DNA from: the human T2T-CHM13v2.0 reference genome, Homo sapiens
DNA length: 64,000 nucleotides
Reading direction: 5' to 3' (one strand)
Assembly (NCBI RefSeq): GCF_009914755.1
Contig: NC_060925.1
This document shows, in pieces, positions 27,115 through 41,812 of the stretch; within the stretch, counting starts at the first letter, position 1, and the number at the start of each line of letters is the position of its first letter. The position numbers and the translations under genes are program-made. The notes beneath the pieces were generated by a model that saw only the letters and a program-made list of their open reading frames with translations, was not told the DNA's origin and searched no databases.

Positions 27115-29786
27115 TTACTAAAAGTTAATTGCCTTCAACCTTTCCAGAGTAGTTTAATGAATTTTTGAGATACAGTTACTATCTTTTAGAAGAGATATGT
27201 TTGAGATAATCTGGTTAAGGTATATTGACTTGTCTAAAGTCACACAGGAAATTAGTGCTGTAATTTAGATAATTCGTATCTTTAGCTGTGTAGATAAGAA
27301 GGGCCAGTTAAATAACATGAGAAAGATGAAGAATGCCTCCTTCCTTTCTCCTAGTAGACCTCAGTCTGCTTTCCTGTTGATTTCTTTGTGTTACAGGCTT
27401 TAATGTTTTTTGAGAAAAGCCATTTTAAGTTAACTGCTGAATTAGTTTTAGACATAGATTGACTAATCATTTCATTAGTGAGTACTTAGCAGTGTTCTAC
27501 CTCCCTTAACCTCCTTTTTCCGGTTACCTGGTAGGAAGATAATGTTGCTTTGCTTCATCTCCATTGGTAATCACAGCAGTCTGTCTAATTGCTATGTCTG
27601 TTCTATCATTGAGCTCCTGGATTAAATTGGTTCAGCGGGCTTGTATTTTGGTTGAGTATATAAGTGGCTGCTTTCTTCTGCTAGAATCTCCAAACCTCCA
27701 TCTTTATCTTTCATACTTTGATATATTATATAAGTATGGGGGGAGTAAAAAGCAGCACCAGGATATCAAAATGGTAGGAAGAGAGATTAATGGGACTCCG
27801 TATAAGGAAGGCCTCTCTAATAGTGGGTGCCGTCTAATAGACAAACCAACTACCTTTTGAAATGGTACGTAACTGACTCAGCATTGGACAAGCCAGGTGA
27901 TCACCCCTAGAAGGAGGGTGCATTCAGTGAGAGGCTGGACCTAAGAGGATTTCTAAAGTCCTTTCCACCTCTGATTTTCTAATTTTAAATTTCTTGGTGT
28001 AGGATTTACCTTTATTCTCTAACCAGTCTCAGACATGTTTTAATTTTCTTTGTCTCAGACATTTTTAAGCTTAACTTATGCTCTTTTTTCAACAGTACAA
28101 ATGTGGACAGTGTTTCTTTTTGACAAACGGAAACAACATTCTTGCAAGATGGCCCAGATGGAAAGGGACTTGTCTTGCAAGTGTTCTGAAAGCAGAGGTT
28201 GATTGCATAAGCCTTTATTTTGGTCTCATGGTTCCTTAAAATGTTTGTACTTACAGAAGTTCAAAGTTACTGTTTATTGTTATTTTGGAATAAGGAACTT
28301 GATGAACTCTCTTTTGTGTGGATGAAAACATAGAGGTAAACATACCTCTCAGCAGCCCTACACAATTTTTCCAAGATCCCACTGGTGTTTCTGTGTATTC
28401 TTCCTTTTCAGTGAATCAGAGAATGGAGGGATATAATGAGTGGAACTGAGGTAACTGGCACTAGATTTGTTCTTAAAACAAATACTGCTGCTTTTTTTAC
28501 TTTGACTTCCAAATTTTGGGTCAGAGTTAATGACAAGTTATGTCACGTAGAATTAATCTCTTATAAAATCTGAGTTTGTTGATTTAGGTTTTTCCTTATA
28601 TGTATGTTGCATTTAACCAGTTTTCAGTGCCTGGTATAGGCTCCATGAACCAAATTTGATTCCGTGTTTTAGGTTCCTCAAGACCTAACATCTTCATAGA
28701 TTGTTTGTTTCATTTTACATTTTCAGAACCATTGAACGGTAAGCAGGAAGGGACCTAAAAATTACTGCAAATCATCTACTGTAGTAGTAGGACTGTAGTA
28801 GTAGAAAGAACTGTAGGGCTCATTGTTCACCCAATTCACCACATGGGGATCATTTCTCTACCATCCCTGAGAACTGATTACCAAACCTCTGTTTGAACAC
28901 TGCACTAACTGAGATTTTACAATTTCTGGATATGCTGCATTGGTTTTTACACAACCTTAATTGTTAGAAAATTTTTCTCTAGAGTGTGCTAAAATCAACT
29001 TCTACTCCTTGGTGCCAGTTCTGCTTTTGAAGCCTTTCCAAAGTAACCTAATCCGTTTTCTGTGTTACAGCTATCCTTTAAGGCATTTGAAAACTTCTCC
29101 CTTCATTTTGCAAAACAGGAAAAATATATACATTTATGTTGCTTATTGACGAATTCATTTAACACACATTTATTGTGTACCATCTTCTGTTTGCTAGCAT
29201 TGTGTCAAGTGTTTGTGATAAATGATGAAGGAACATGGTCATTGCCTTCCAGAGCTCATAGTCTATTTAGGACAAGAGAGACCTGTAAGCAACTCGAACA
29301 AGATATTAAGTATTAGAAGAACAAAGCATACCCTGGGCTATTAGCAATAGAGAAAGTTAGGGTTTATTCCATTGGAGGGCATCACAGATGAACTGGATTT
29401 TTAAGTTTGTCAAGCAGGGAATGAGGGAGAAAGCCATTCCAGGTAGAAAGAATGGTGTAGTCAAAGAGATTTGAGTGTGCTGCATATTTCACAATTATGA
29501 CTTCCTCAGCATGTGTAAAGTACAAGGCTCTCAACAGACTTTATATATTATGTTAAGGAGTTTCAACTTACCCTGCAGCCAGTAAGGAGCCCTGGATGCT
29601 TACGTTGTTTTGTTTTTACGATATCTGTACTGGTTTTTCCCATTGCAAAATTAATAGAAAGCTCATTGCAAACAATTCAGAGAGGATATATAGAGAAGAA
29701 AATAGATGTTTCATTATCCCATTATCCCGATATAGTAATAATTTACATATAGTCTTCTAGATTTTTTTTCTGTGCATACGCGTACA

Positions 29787-29955
29787 TTTATTTATTTATT
29801 TATTTTTTGACAAGGTCTCACTCTGTTCCCTAGGATGAAGTGCCATGGTGCAATCATAGCTCATTGCAGCCTTTGAATCCTTGGGCTCAAGCAGTACTCC
29901 CGCCTCAGCCTCCCAAGTAGCTAGGACTACAGAGGCATATCACCACACCGAGCTC
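29787..29955 (-). mobile_element. Alu monomer (FRAM/AluJ fragment)
   Basis: gacaaggtctcactctg...gcctcagcctcccaagtagctaggactacag. Confidence 0.8.
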
Positions 29956-30237
29956 ATTTATTCATATTTTAAACAAAAATGGAATTGTTTCATGTGTACT
30001 CTTTTAATACTGGATTTTTAAAATTACTATATCATGGAGATACTTTTATATGAAATAGAGGCTCCAAAATTTTTCCCCGTTAAATGGTGATACCATAATT
30101 CCTTAATGTAACCTATTAATGTTTCTAATTTTCATAAAGATGTAATAATGAACATTCTTAACGTATTTCTTTGTGTACTTGACCTGTTTTTTCCCTGATG
30201 AATTCTTACAAGTGGGGTCAAAGGATTTACTTAGTTC

Positions 30238-30362
30238 TTTTGTTTTTTTGAGATAGGGTGTCAATATGTTGCCCAGGCTGGCCTCAAACTCCTGGGCTCA
30301 AGTGATCCTCCAACCTCAGCCTCCTGAATAGCTGGGACTACAGACATGTGCCACTGCACCTA
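30238..30362 (-). mobile_element. FLAM_A-like monomer
   Basis: gagatagggtgtc...gcccaggctggcctcaaactcctgggctcaagtgatcc. Confidence 0.78.
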
Positions 30363-30511
30363 GAATACTTAGTTTTAATTAATCTTTAAGCAAATGTTGC
30401 TTCCCTGCTATGTTCAAGGAACCATGCTATGCCGTGAGTATATGATAGTGAATGTTACAGGTCTGGTGACAGCTCTTGTGGCACACATAGTTAAGCGGGA
30501 AAGACATCTTA

Positions 30512-31357
<846 letters not shown>

Positions 31358-31559
31358 TTAGAGATATATGCTGAAGTATATACAGATGAAATGGTATGAT
31401 ATTTAGGATTTGCTTCAGAATAATCCAGGTTGGAGTTGAGGGGCAGTGGGTGGGAGTATAGCTGAAACAAAATTGGCTAGGAGTTGATAATTGCTGAAGC
31501 TCATGGTTAATTATGCTCTGCTTTCGTTTGTTTGAAATTTTCTGTAAGGTAAAAACCAA

Positions 31560-32280
31560 AAGAAAGGGTAGAAGAGATGTTACAGTCGGGTTTAGACTGG
31601 GGAGCCAAGGAAAGACTCCTTTGAGGAAGAAACATTTCAGCTGAGACCCTTGTGATGTATAGGAGTTGGCCAGGCTGCAAGTGGCATTTGGCAGTTAGGG
31701 AAAGAGTTTTTTTAGGCAGCAGGAGCAGCATGTACAAAGTCCAGCAAGCCCTGAGGAAGGAACATGTTGGTCCCTTGAGGAAATGAAAGAAGGCTGCTAC
31801 CATAGGAATTGAGAGGCTGCGGAAGGAGGCATGGGCTAGACCTTTAAGACCTTGGAAACTATGTTAAGGATTTTGTTATTTAATCCAATAGTAATAGAAG
31901 AATTTTAAGCAGCACAATGTGGCTTTGCTTCTTTAAGAGCTCAAGTTGGCTGTTTGGTGGAGAATGGTTTTGGTTTGGGCTCAAGGGAGAAGAGAATGTA
32001 AAAGTGGAGAGAGAGCTATTAGGAGGTTATTGCAGTGGTCCGAAAGAGTCTGGTGGCTTTAGATTACAGAAATAGTGATACAGATGGAGAGAAGAGATAC
32101 TGATTTGACAGATATTTTTGTCTTGGTGATGTGGGGGCTGAAGGAGAGAGGTTTCATGATGCATAATTTTCTGACTGACGCAATGGAATGGATGGAGGTG
32201 TAGTTGACTAAGATGAAGAAAAAAGGAAGAGATTTTGTAGCAAGAGATTGAGAGCTTAGTTTGGAATATGCTATTCAGAA
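31560..32280 (-). mobile_element. L2 fragment
   Basis: L2-like motifs (acatttcagctgagacc, gaattttaagcag, ttaggaggttattgcagtggtcc, gagcttagtttgga). Confidence 0.6.
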
Positions 32281-32539
32281 AATGTGCACCAATTTACATA
32301 TTTACCTTTGTGTATGAGACTACATGGAAGGTTTATATTTAGAGGTGTGATCTGTACAGATTTGTGTTTTAGAAAGATTATTCTGGTGGGATTCTGGAGA
32401 CTAATTGCTTGTTAGTCTGTGAGCTTTTTGAATTGAGGAATCTCATCCTTATTTTCTCTGCCTTTGTATCCCCAGTACTTAGCAGGCAAATTGCTTGGCA
32501 CATAGGTACACAATAAATAATGTTAAGAGAACCAATGCT

Positions 32540-32859
<320 letters not shown>

Positions 32860-33759
32860 TTATAGGTGAGACATGAGGTCTAGGTAGAAATGGATAGATT
32901 CTGGAAAAGTTTCCAAGATAGATTCCACAGGATTTGGATGGAAGATGGGAAAGTTCTCTCCCTTCGCGTAGCCTGCCCGTTGAACTTTTTGACAGGTCCG
33001 TTATGCCAGCAGGTCTAAATATAGGTAGCCATCAATTTATCAATGTTTTTTCCTCCTCAATATTTATTTGTTTGGAACTCCATAGATTAGAACTCAATGA
33101 TATAATTATTATAATATTAGTAGTAGCTTGAAGTCCTCCATCACGCTAGTTCCCCTTTTCTGTCTGCTGAGTTGTCAATCCCAGAGCCCCTCTAATCCTG
33201 GCAGCTTTGGTGGTGGGGGAAGTTTCAGCAGCAAGAGGAATTTGCAGCAGTAGTTACTCCGTATGTAGAAGCTGTCCAGATGTTGAATATAAGTTGGATA
33301 TTACGTATATGCTTTTCATTTTACAAATGGAGACATAAGCCCTAGAGAAACTTGTCAAAATACATGCAACAGGTCCGTGTAAACCCAGATTTTTCCGATA
33401 CTGAACTGGTACTTAGGACAGTTGATTTCTTGACTGATCAACCAAATCCATCTCCATCTACTTTTTTCATTTTCCCTGATCCCTTATTGCAGAGTGATTC
33501 TATGTTAGTTTTAGTATTGCTTGATGCTGCCCACGCCTGCTCTTAGGCTCCTGTTGAATATGTGCACTTATGTGTGACCTTGTTCTTGTGTTGTGCCGAT
33601 CACTACCAGTTTACATCACTTGTCTATCCTCTTTGCTTTCAAAATTGTTTGGCATATTGCCTCTCAGCATTTCTTTTCATTTTAAATTTCGAAATGGCAT
33701 CTTTTATATTTTTTTCCTTGATTGCCATGACCAATGTGTATTAAACAATTGGTTTATCT

Positions 33760-34400
<641 letters not shown>

Positions 34401-34785
34401 ATTGGTTTCACTTGCATTTTTGCAAGTTTACCAGATTAAAGTAGGCTGGCCTTATAGCAGCAATACCAGGTACTGTGGAATCCAAGTACCCACCACTTAG
34501 GTTGACAGCCTTGGGCCTTCTTTCTTTGCCTGTGTAGTGGGGGCATATGCAAGCACAAGGGCAGGGTGGGGGTGTGTAGCAGAGAAAGGGAACAGGTGAG
34601 GGTTTAAAAAGTGCATTTTCAAGAAATATTTTAAGAGAAATAAAGGAAGCTGCTTAAATTTTCATGTTGCCTAGAAGACTTTGAAATTGGGTCTAGGGTA
34701 AATTTCTTCTCTCTGTATTCAGTTCATTTTGGTTCTGATATTTTAGGACCAGAACTCATATTCCTTTTTAAAAAAGAAGCACTCT

Positions 34786-35122
<337 letters not shown>

Positions 35123-35378
35123 TTACATATATGAATGAGTTAACTGGCCCTTATCAGGAAGATGGATGGGAAGTGGGTTCTGGAAACCTTATTCTATACC
35201 ACATCCTTATATATAGTCCTCAGTTATTGTCCCTCTGTGTTCTAGGGCACTGTGAGGTGAATGCTATTGTACACGTTTTATAGATGAGGAAACTAAGGCT
35301 CAGGAAATGTAAGTATCTCTCAGAAGGTCACACAGGTAATCACTGAAGGAGCTGTGCTCAAACCTAAGTCCTACAACT

Positions 35379-35736
<358 letters not shown>

Positions 35737-36764
35737 TTATTTTTCTTTTCTCTAATTTCAGAATATTTTATGGAACATGTAGTTATTCACTAATAAATCT
35801 AGTGGCTCAAAACTAAAAGAGATTGAGTATCTGGGATATAACTATCACTATATTCACTGGGAAAAGGTTTCACAAGGGATGTCAGGTAGGGATTTGGTGG
35901 GGAGAAGAGGCTGTTCTTTGGCTTTTCATGAAAATACAGTTGCCTGTATTTCTGTACTGAGGCCTTGTCAGTGGCTTCAGAGTCACCCCAAGGCTCCAAG
36001 TCTTAGCCTTGCATTCCTCAGAAGCAAAAAGACTTTAAGTACGCTGGAGTGGGAGCTGTGACAGTGGCTTAGATGATTGGGAATTGCCTTTTCCCATCTT
36101 AAGGCCAGGAAGCAAACAGTGTAACATTTCACAGCTGACTTTTAATTTTTAATGAATGTGTTTGGCTTCTGACTTTGTTAGCAAACAAATACATCTTAAC
36201 TTGTCTTATGAGTTCTAGACTCTGGAATCTAGAGCAAAGGAAAAGTGCTTTAAGAAACATGAAATATTAACTTGGTGCCATTTTAAATCTTATATAACTT
36301 AGATCTTATTGGAGTTCCTTTATGAAAACTGTAACCTAAAATGGATATACCACATGTTAAGAAACCCCATTTACATCAGTTTAGGGTTTTCATTTTGTGT
36401 TTGACGTGACACTCTCCCACATGAAACAAGTGTGCGAATCATTTTTGTGTTTATTAGATACATGGCGGACCAACTATGTAAATCCATCTAGGAATGTGAA
36501 GGGACTAAATATCTTTTTAGAAGGTAAATCGGAGCTTGTGATAGCAATAAGGTATTGGGATAAAATTTCAGGCGGAGAGCACCACCTGGTGGTAATAAGG
36601 AGAATGTGAGCCTTCTGTTGCAGTATTTGCGATAGTAAATAAGTGATATCTTTGTCAAAAAATTACATTCTTATTTGTAATAATCATGAATTCAAATTTC
36701 TAAAACTAATTTTCTGCCACACAATTCTAGCATTCCTTCATTAAAACTGCTGTCAAAACCTTCA

Positions 36765-37074
<310 letters not shown>

Positions 37075-37869
37075 CCTGCTAGCTAACCAAATAATTGTCT
37101 GTGTCCTAAAGAACTGAAGTCTTGTGCTCGTTGTCGTTCCAAGCGTAGGCCCTGTTTATCTCTGTAGAAAATCAGTGTCTTTTCACCTCTTTATTGCATC
37201 CTCTAATTTTTATATCACACTTATTTTATGTGGTAAATTTCTGCCAAGTGGGATAATGGAGAAGGAAGTATTTCTGATTTTTTAGTAAGTTTTTGGCAGG
37301 TTTCATATAAGTCATTTTTCTTTCCTGGGTAAAAATTATGAAGAGGAGTATGATAATTTTTCAGAGTGATTATTAGGATGAGTAACGCTGGCAGGGGATG
37401 GGAGATTCTGTAACAGTTTTGAATTAAAATTCATATTTGAGATTTCTTTTTTGTTGCTATAAGCATCTTTATTATTTGGCAATCTTGAAACAAGATACTT
37501 CAGTAGTTGAGTAAAGTAGGAACATCAGCCTAAGGGGAAAAGATCCTATTAAGTTAATGCGAATGCATATTTTATAGGCCTGGGGTTGGGGGGAAGATAA
37601 ACACAGTTTCAATTACAGGTTGAGCCATGGACAAGCATGCCATATCTATCTTTTTTCCTGGTAGGAAAACCGAATACAGGCCACCACTAAAAAGTGGTGA
37701 ATACAGGCCCATCACCACTAAAACGTCTCTTGGGAGAGGACTGTTTATGTAAGGTGCTCGGCCAAATAGAATATGACATGGCTTTGCACTCCTGGGATTT
37801 TTCTTAATATAAGTAACAGTCTTATAACATCTGCGTTTCAACACTCATATTAGCAGACACTGTAAAAAA

Positions 37870-38125
37870 ATTGTACCATGCACAAATGCCCACTTATTAT
37901 ATAATTCTTTTTATATTAAATGCCCAGAATTGGCAATCCATAGAGATAAAAAGTAGATTCATAGTTGCCAGGGGCTGGGAGGAAGAGCTGGGAGAAAATG
38001 GGTAGTGCCTGCTAATGGGTTTGTGATTTCTTTTGGACTAATGAAAATGTTCTGGAATTAGATAGTAGTAATCATTGCACAACTATGTGAATATATTAAA
38101 AACCACTGTATTGTACACTTAAATT
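37870..38125 (+). mobile_element. L1M 3'-end fragment
   Basis: ggcaatccatagagat..agtagatt..gttgccaggggctggg..gaaaatgttctggaattagatag..ttgcacaac..aaaaccactg. Confidence 0.7.
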
Positions 38126-38297
38126 TAAACTAAAGAAAAGCTGACACATGGAGGAATGAGCAGAGTCAATAAACAGGTGGTTATGGTAAAAATTATTTCA
38201 CTTATGTTCTAGCAGAAATGTCTGATAATCTAATATTGTAGTTTAGGCCTTGAATGTTGTAATTTGTACTTTATTGCCCTGTTCCTGACTTTCACAG

Positions 38298-38431
38298 GGC
38301 CGCGATGGGCCTCTTGGAACATTGGTGTGTTCATCTGCATTCGATGTGCTGGAATCCACAGGAATCTGGGGGTGCACATATCCAGGGTAAAGTCAGTTAA
38401 CCTCGACCAGTGGACTCAAGAACAGATTCAG
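38298..38431 (+). CDS. SMAP2: SMAP2 exon 2 ([45 protein letters not shown])
   Basis: Acceptor ttcacag|GG, donor CAG|gtactt; second CxxC and catalytic Arg (GIHR); 134 nt. Confidence 0.97.
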
Positions 38432-38751
38432 GTACTTAGCCCAAGAGTGAGTCAGCTGCTTCCATATATCTATGTAAAAGGAATTCCAGATGAATTTCAG
38501 TCAAACCTGGCACAAAGGTGAAGATAAAGGAAAATTTAGTTGTTAAACACTTAACATCAGATTCTTGTACCCTAACAGAAATTTTTATTCTTTCTATTTA
38601 AGATACAAGTTATTCTACCTATATTTTACCTCCTTAAAAACAGAAATAGTCTACGGTCTAGGATTCCATGGGCCCACGAAAGTATTAAGAGGGATCTTTG
38701 GGTGATTTTCTAAGACTCTTAGCATTTGCAGGTCTAAAATTTATAGTTTCA

Positions 38752-39072
<321 letters not shown>

Positions 39073-40214
39073 TTCACTTTTTAAAAAAACCTCCAAATCA
39101 TAGACTTATGGGAAAATTTTATTACTAAAATGCATACATGAATCTTTTTTTTAAGACAGAGAAAATATTTTAATGGTACATAATATTAAAATGTATCCAT
39201 TTTTGTAAACTCATCATTTCTGATATTTTTAGACACATACAAATGTGGAATTAGATAACATTTAAAATTTCAAAAATTTTAAATAAATTTAAACATAATT
39301 AACCTTAAAAGTATATTAAATAGGACAATGTGTATATTAGATTTATTGTTATCATCTTTAAAAAGCTGTAACAGCTGGAATGCATACATGAATCTTGCAT
39401 GCTGTTAGCTTGGTGGGCTTGGAGTGAGACTCCTAAGTTAATGAGTCTGGCTGGCCTAAGAGCTGTACCTTGATATAGCTTCATTATTTTTTATTCTCTT
39501 CCTACATTGAAACGCTTTAATTTCAATTTTTTCTTTCTTGGGAGTAAAAGGGAAGCCCCCCGCCCCCCAAATCCAGTTGCTAAAGTTGGTAATGGAAATC
39601 AGAGGTTACGCTTAACCAGAAAATGGCTTTAGAAATTGCTTTAGATTGTATTTATAGATGTATTAAAGGTCTAAAAAGGTGAGTTACATTTTTCAGTTAC
39701 ACTTCACTCTGTTTTATGAAGGAAATTATATGCCATGGAGATAGTCGGGAATTTGGAGATTTAAAAAGCTCTTGGGATTTATCCCTCACAAGTGTTAAGG
39801 AGTCTACTTAAAAGCCTAATGGGAAACACATTTATTGGAATTGATTAATAGTATAAACTCAGAATGATAACACTGATCATTGCCTGCCAAGTAGACATTT
39901 TAATTGGTAGCTGTGTATCTAAGAGTTTCAAATGAGATCTTGATTTATTACTGAATTGAATGTATCTTGGTACACAAATATTTCAGTAAAAGGAACCTAT
40001 GGAGTGGGGGAAAGACAGCTTGGGGCAAATGATTGGGAAATCCTAGTAAGGTAGAGGGAATCATGAATTGGAAATCAGAATACACAAGTTTAAATGTTGG
40101 TTCTGACACTCTCTAGGTTGGTTCTTCAATTGTACAGTAGTGGAATTGGGTGAGAAGTTTTTCAGTTCTTTCTTGATCTGACGTTCCATGTTTCTACATT
40201 CTCTTTGGTCACAG

Positions 40215-40300
40215 TGCATGCAAGAGATGGGAAATGGAAAGGCAAACCGACTTTATGAAGCCTATCTTCCTGAGACCTTTCGGCGACCTCAGATAGACCC
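40215..40300 (+). CDS. SMAP2: SMAP2 exon 3 ([29 protein letters not shown])
   Basis: Acceptor gtcacag|TGC; donor CC|gtatctttt (U12-type); 86 nt. Confidence 0.95.
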
Positions 40301-41318
40301 GTATCTTTTCTGGAGCAACTTAGAAGGCTGAGTGGTATTTTGATGCTTGGGGAGAGTCAGACAAGACTCCAGTCCTGTAATGTGACTGGGTCATCTCTAT
40401 GTGGATTAGTCAGTGTCCTTGCTTGTCCTCTGTCCTGCAATCAAGGTGCACAAAAAGCACATGTATTTGTGAATGTCGGAATTGTCATACGGTGTCACTT
40501 GAAGAAGACTCACTCTGGAATTAAGACTGCAGTGATTTCACTGTGAATTCTTCTATAAAGTTACATCTCCACTAGTTTATTTTGGATCTCTGAAACTATT
40601 GTTTGATTAAAAAGAGTAGTTCATTGTGCTCTGTTAACCCTGGCAGTCAGCAAAATTGCCATTCATTTTTATCATCTTTTTATGTCTTGGGTGAAAGAAT
40701 TAACTGTTGTTTACCAGTTTGTCAATAACCAATAACTTTCTTCCACCATCTGTTCAACAGAGCATAGCACCTAGGACACAAAACCAAATCCCTTAAAGGC
40801 AGTGCTTCTCAAAATGTAGTTTGTAGATCATCTTGTTAAGGTTCTTTTTTTTTTAATGGGTTCAGGTGGAACCTGTTAAATGCAGATTTGGGGCCTTGCA
40901 GAAGACCCACTGGTCAGAATTTGGCAGTGGGGCACAAGAGTTTATGTTTTTAAGGGGCACTTACGTGCCTTTGTTTGAGGCCTATTGACCTAAGTGCTTT
41001 AAAATAGACATTTGACTGCTTTACCTATATTCTAGAACAGCCACATACAGCCTCTAATGTCAGTTTGAAGGTTAATTCCACTTGCTGCTATCATCACGCT
41101 GAAGGGAAAGCATAGGAAGTAATGATTCCCTGCTTTAACTGTGAAAGAGGCATTTTAAGGTTTTGGTCAGAGAAATTGCATATGAAGAGGCAGGAGCCAT
41201 GTGGGGAAACCAGGCAAGAGGGAAGGAGGAGAACAATGCTCCGTGGAACACAATTGATCTTTTATCTTCTTGCTGTTTGAGAGGCTTGTTGGATTCATCC
41301 TTAATAAGCTTTTTGCAG
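40301..41318 (+). other. SMAP2: U12-type (minor spliceosome) GT-AG intron 3
   Basis: 5' site GTATCTTTT; branch site TCCTTAAT at 41298-41305, 13 nt before the end of the intron; only a short pyrimidine run. Confidence 0.85.
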
Positions 41319-41397
41319 AGCTGTTGAAGGATTTATTCGAGACAAATATGAGAAGAAGAAATACATGGACCGAAGTCTGGACATCAATGCCTTTAGG
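41319..41397 (+). CDS. SMAP2: SMAP2 exon 4 ([26 protein letters not shown])
   Basis: Acceptor ttttgcag|A, donor AGG|gttggt; ArfGAP FIRxKY helix; 79 nt. Confidence 0.95.
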
Positions 41398-41522
41398 GTT
41401 GGTTATACATCTTTCAAGTTTTGTCCACAATAAGTAATGTGCTTATTAAATCAGGCCAGAGAACACGTTGAAGAACTGCTACCAAAACACTCCAAAACCA
41501 TCTTTTAAAAAATGCAAAAGTA

Positions 41523-41812
<290 letters not shown>

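Noticed and set aside
36402-36409. TGACGTGA (UPRE/CRE-like)
   Set aside because: A single 8-mer is expected by chance in 64 kb; no supporting cluster.
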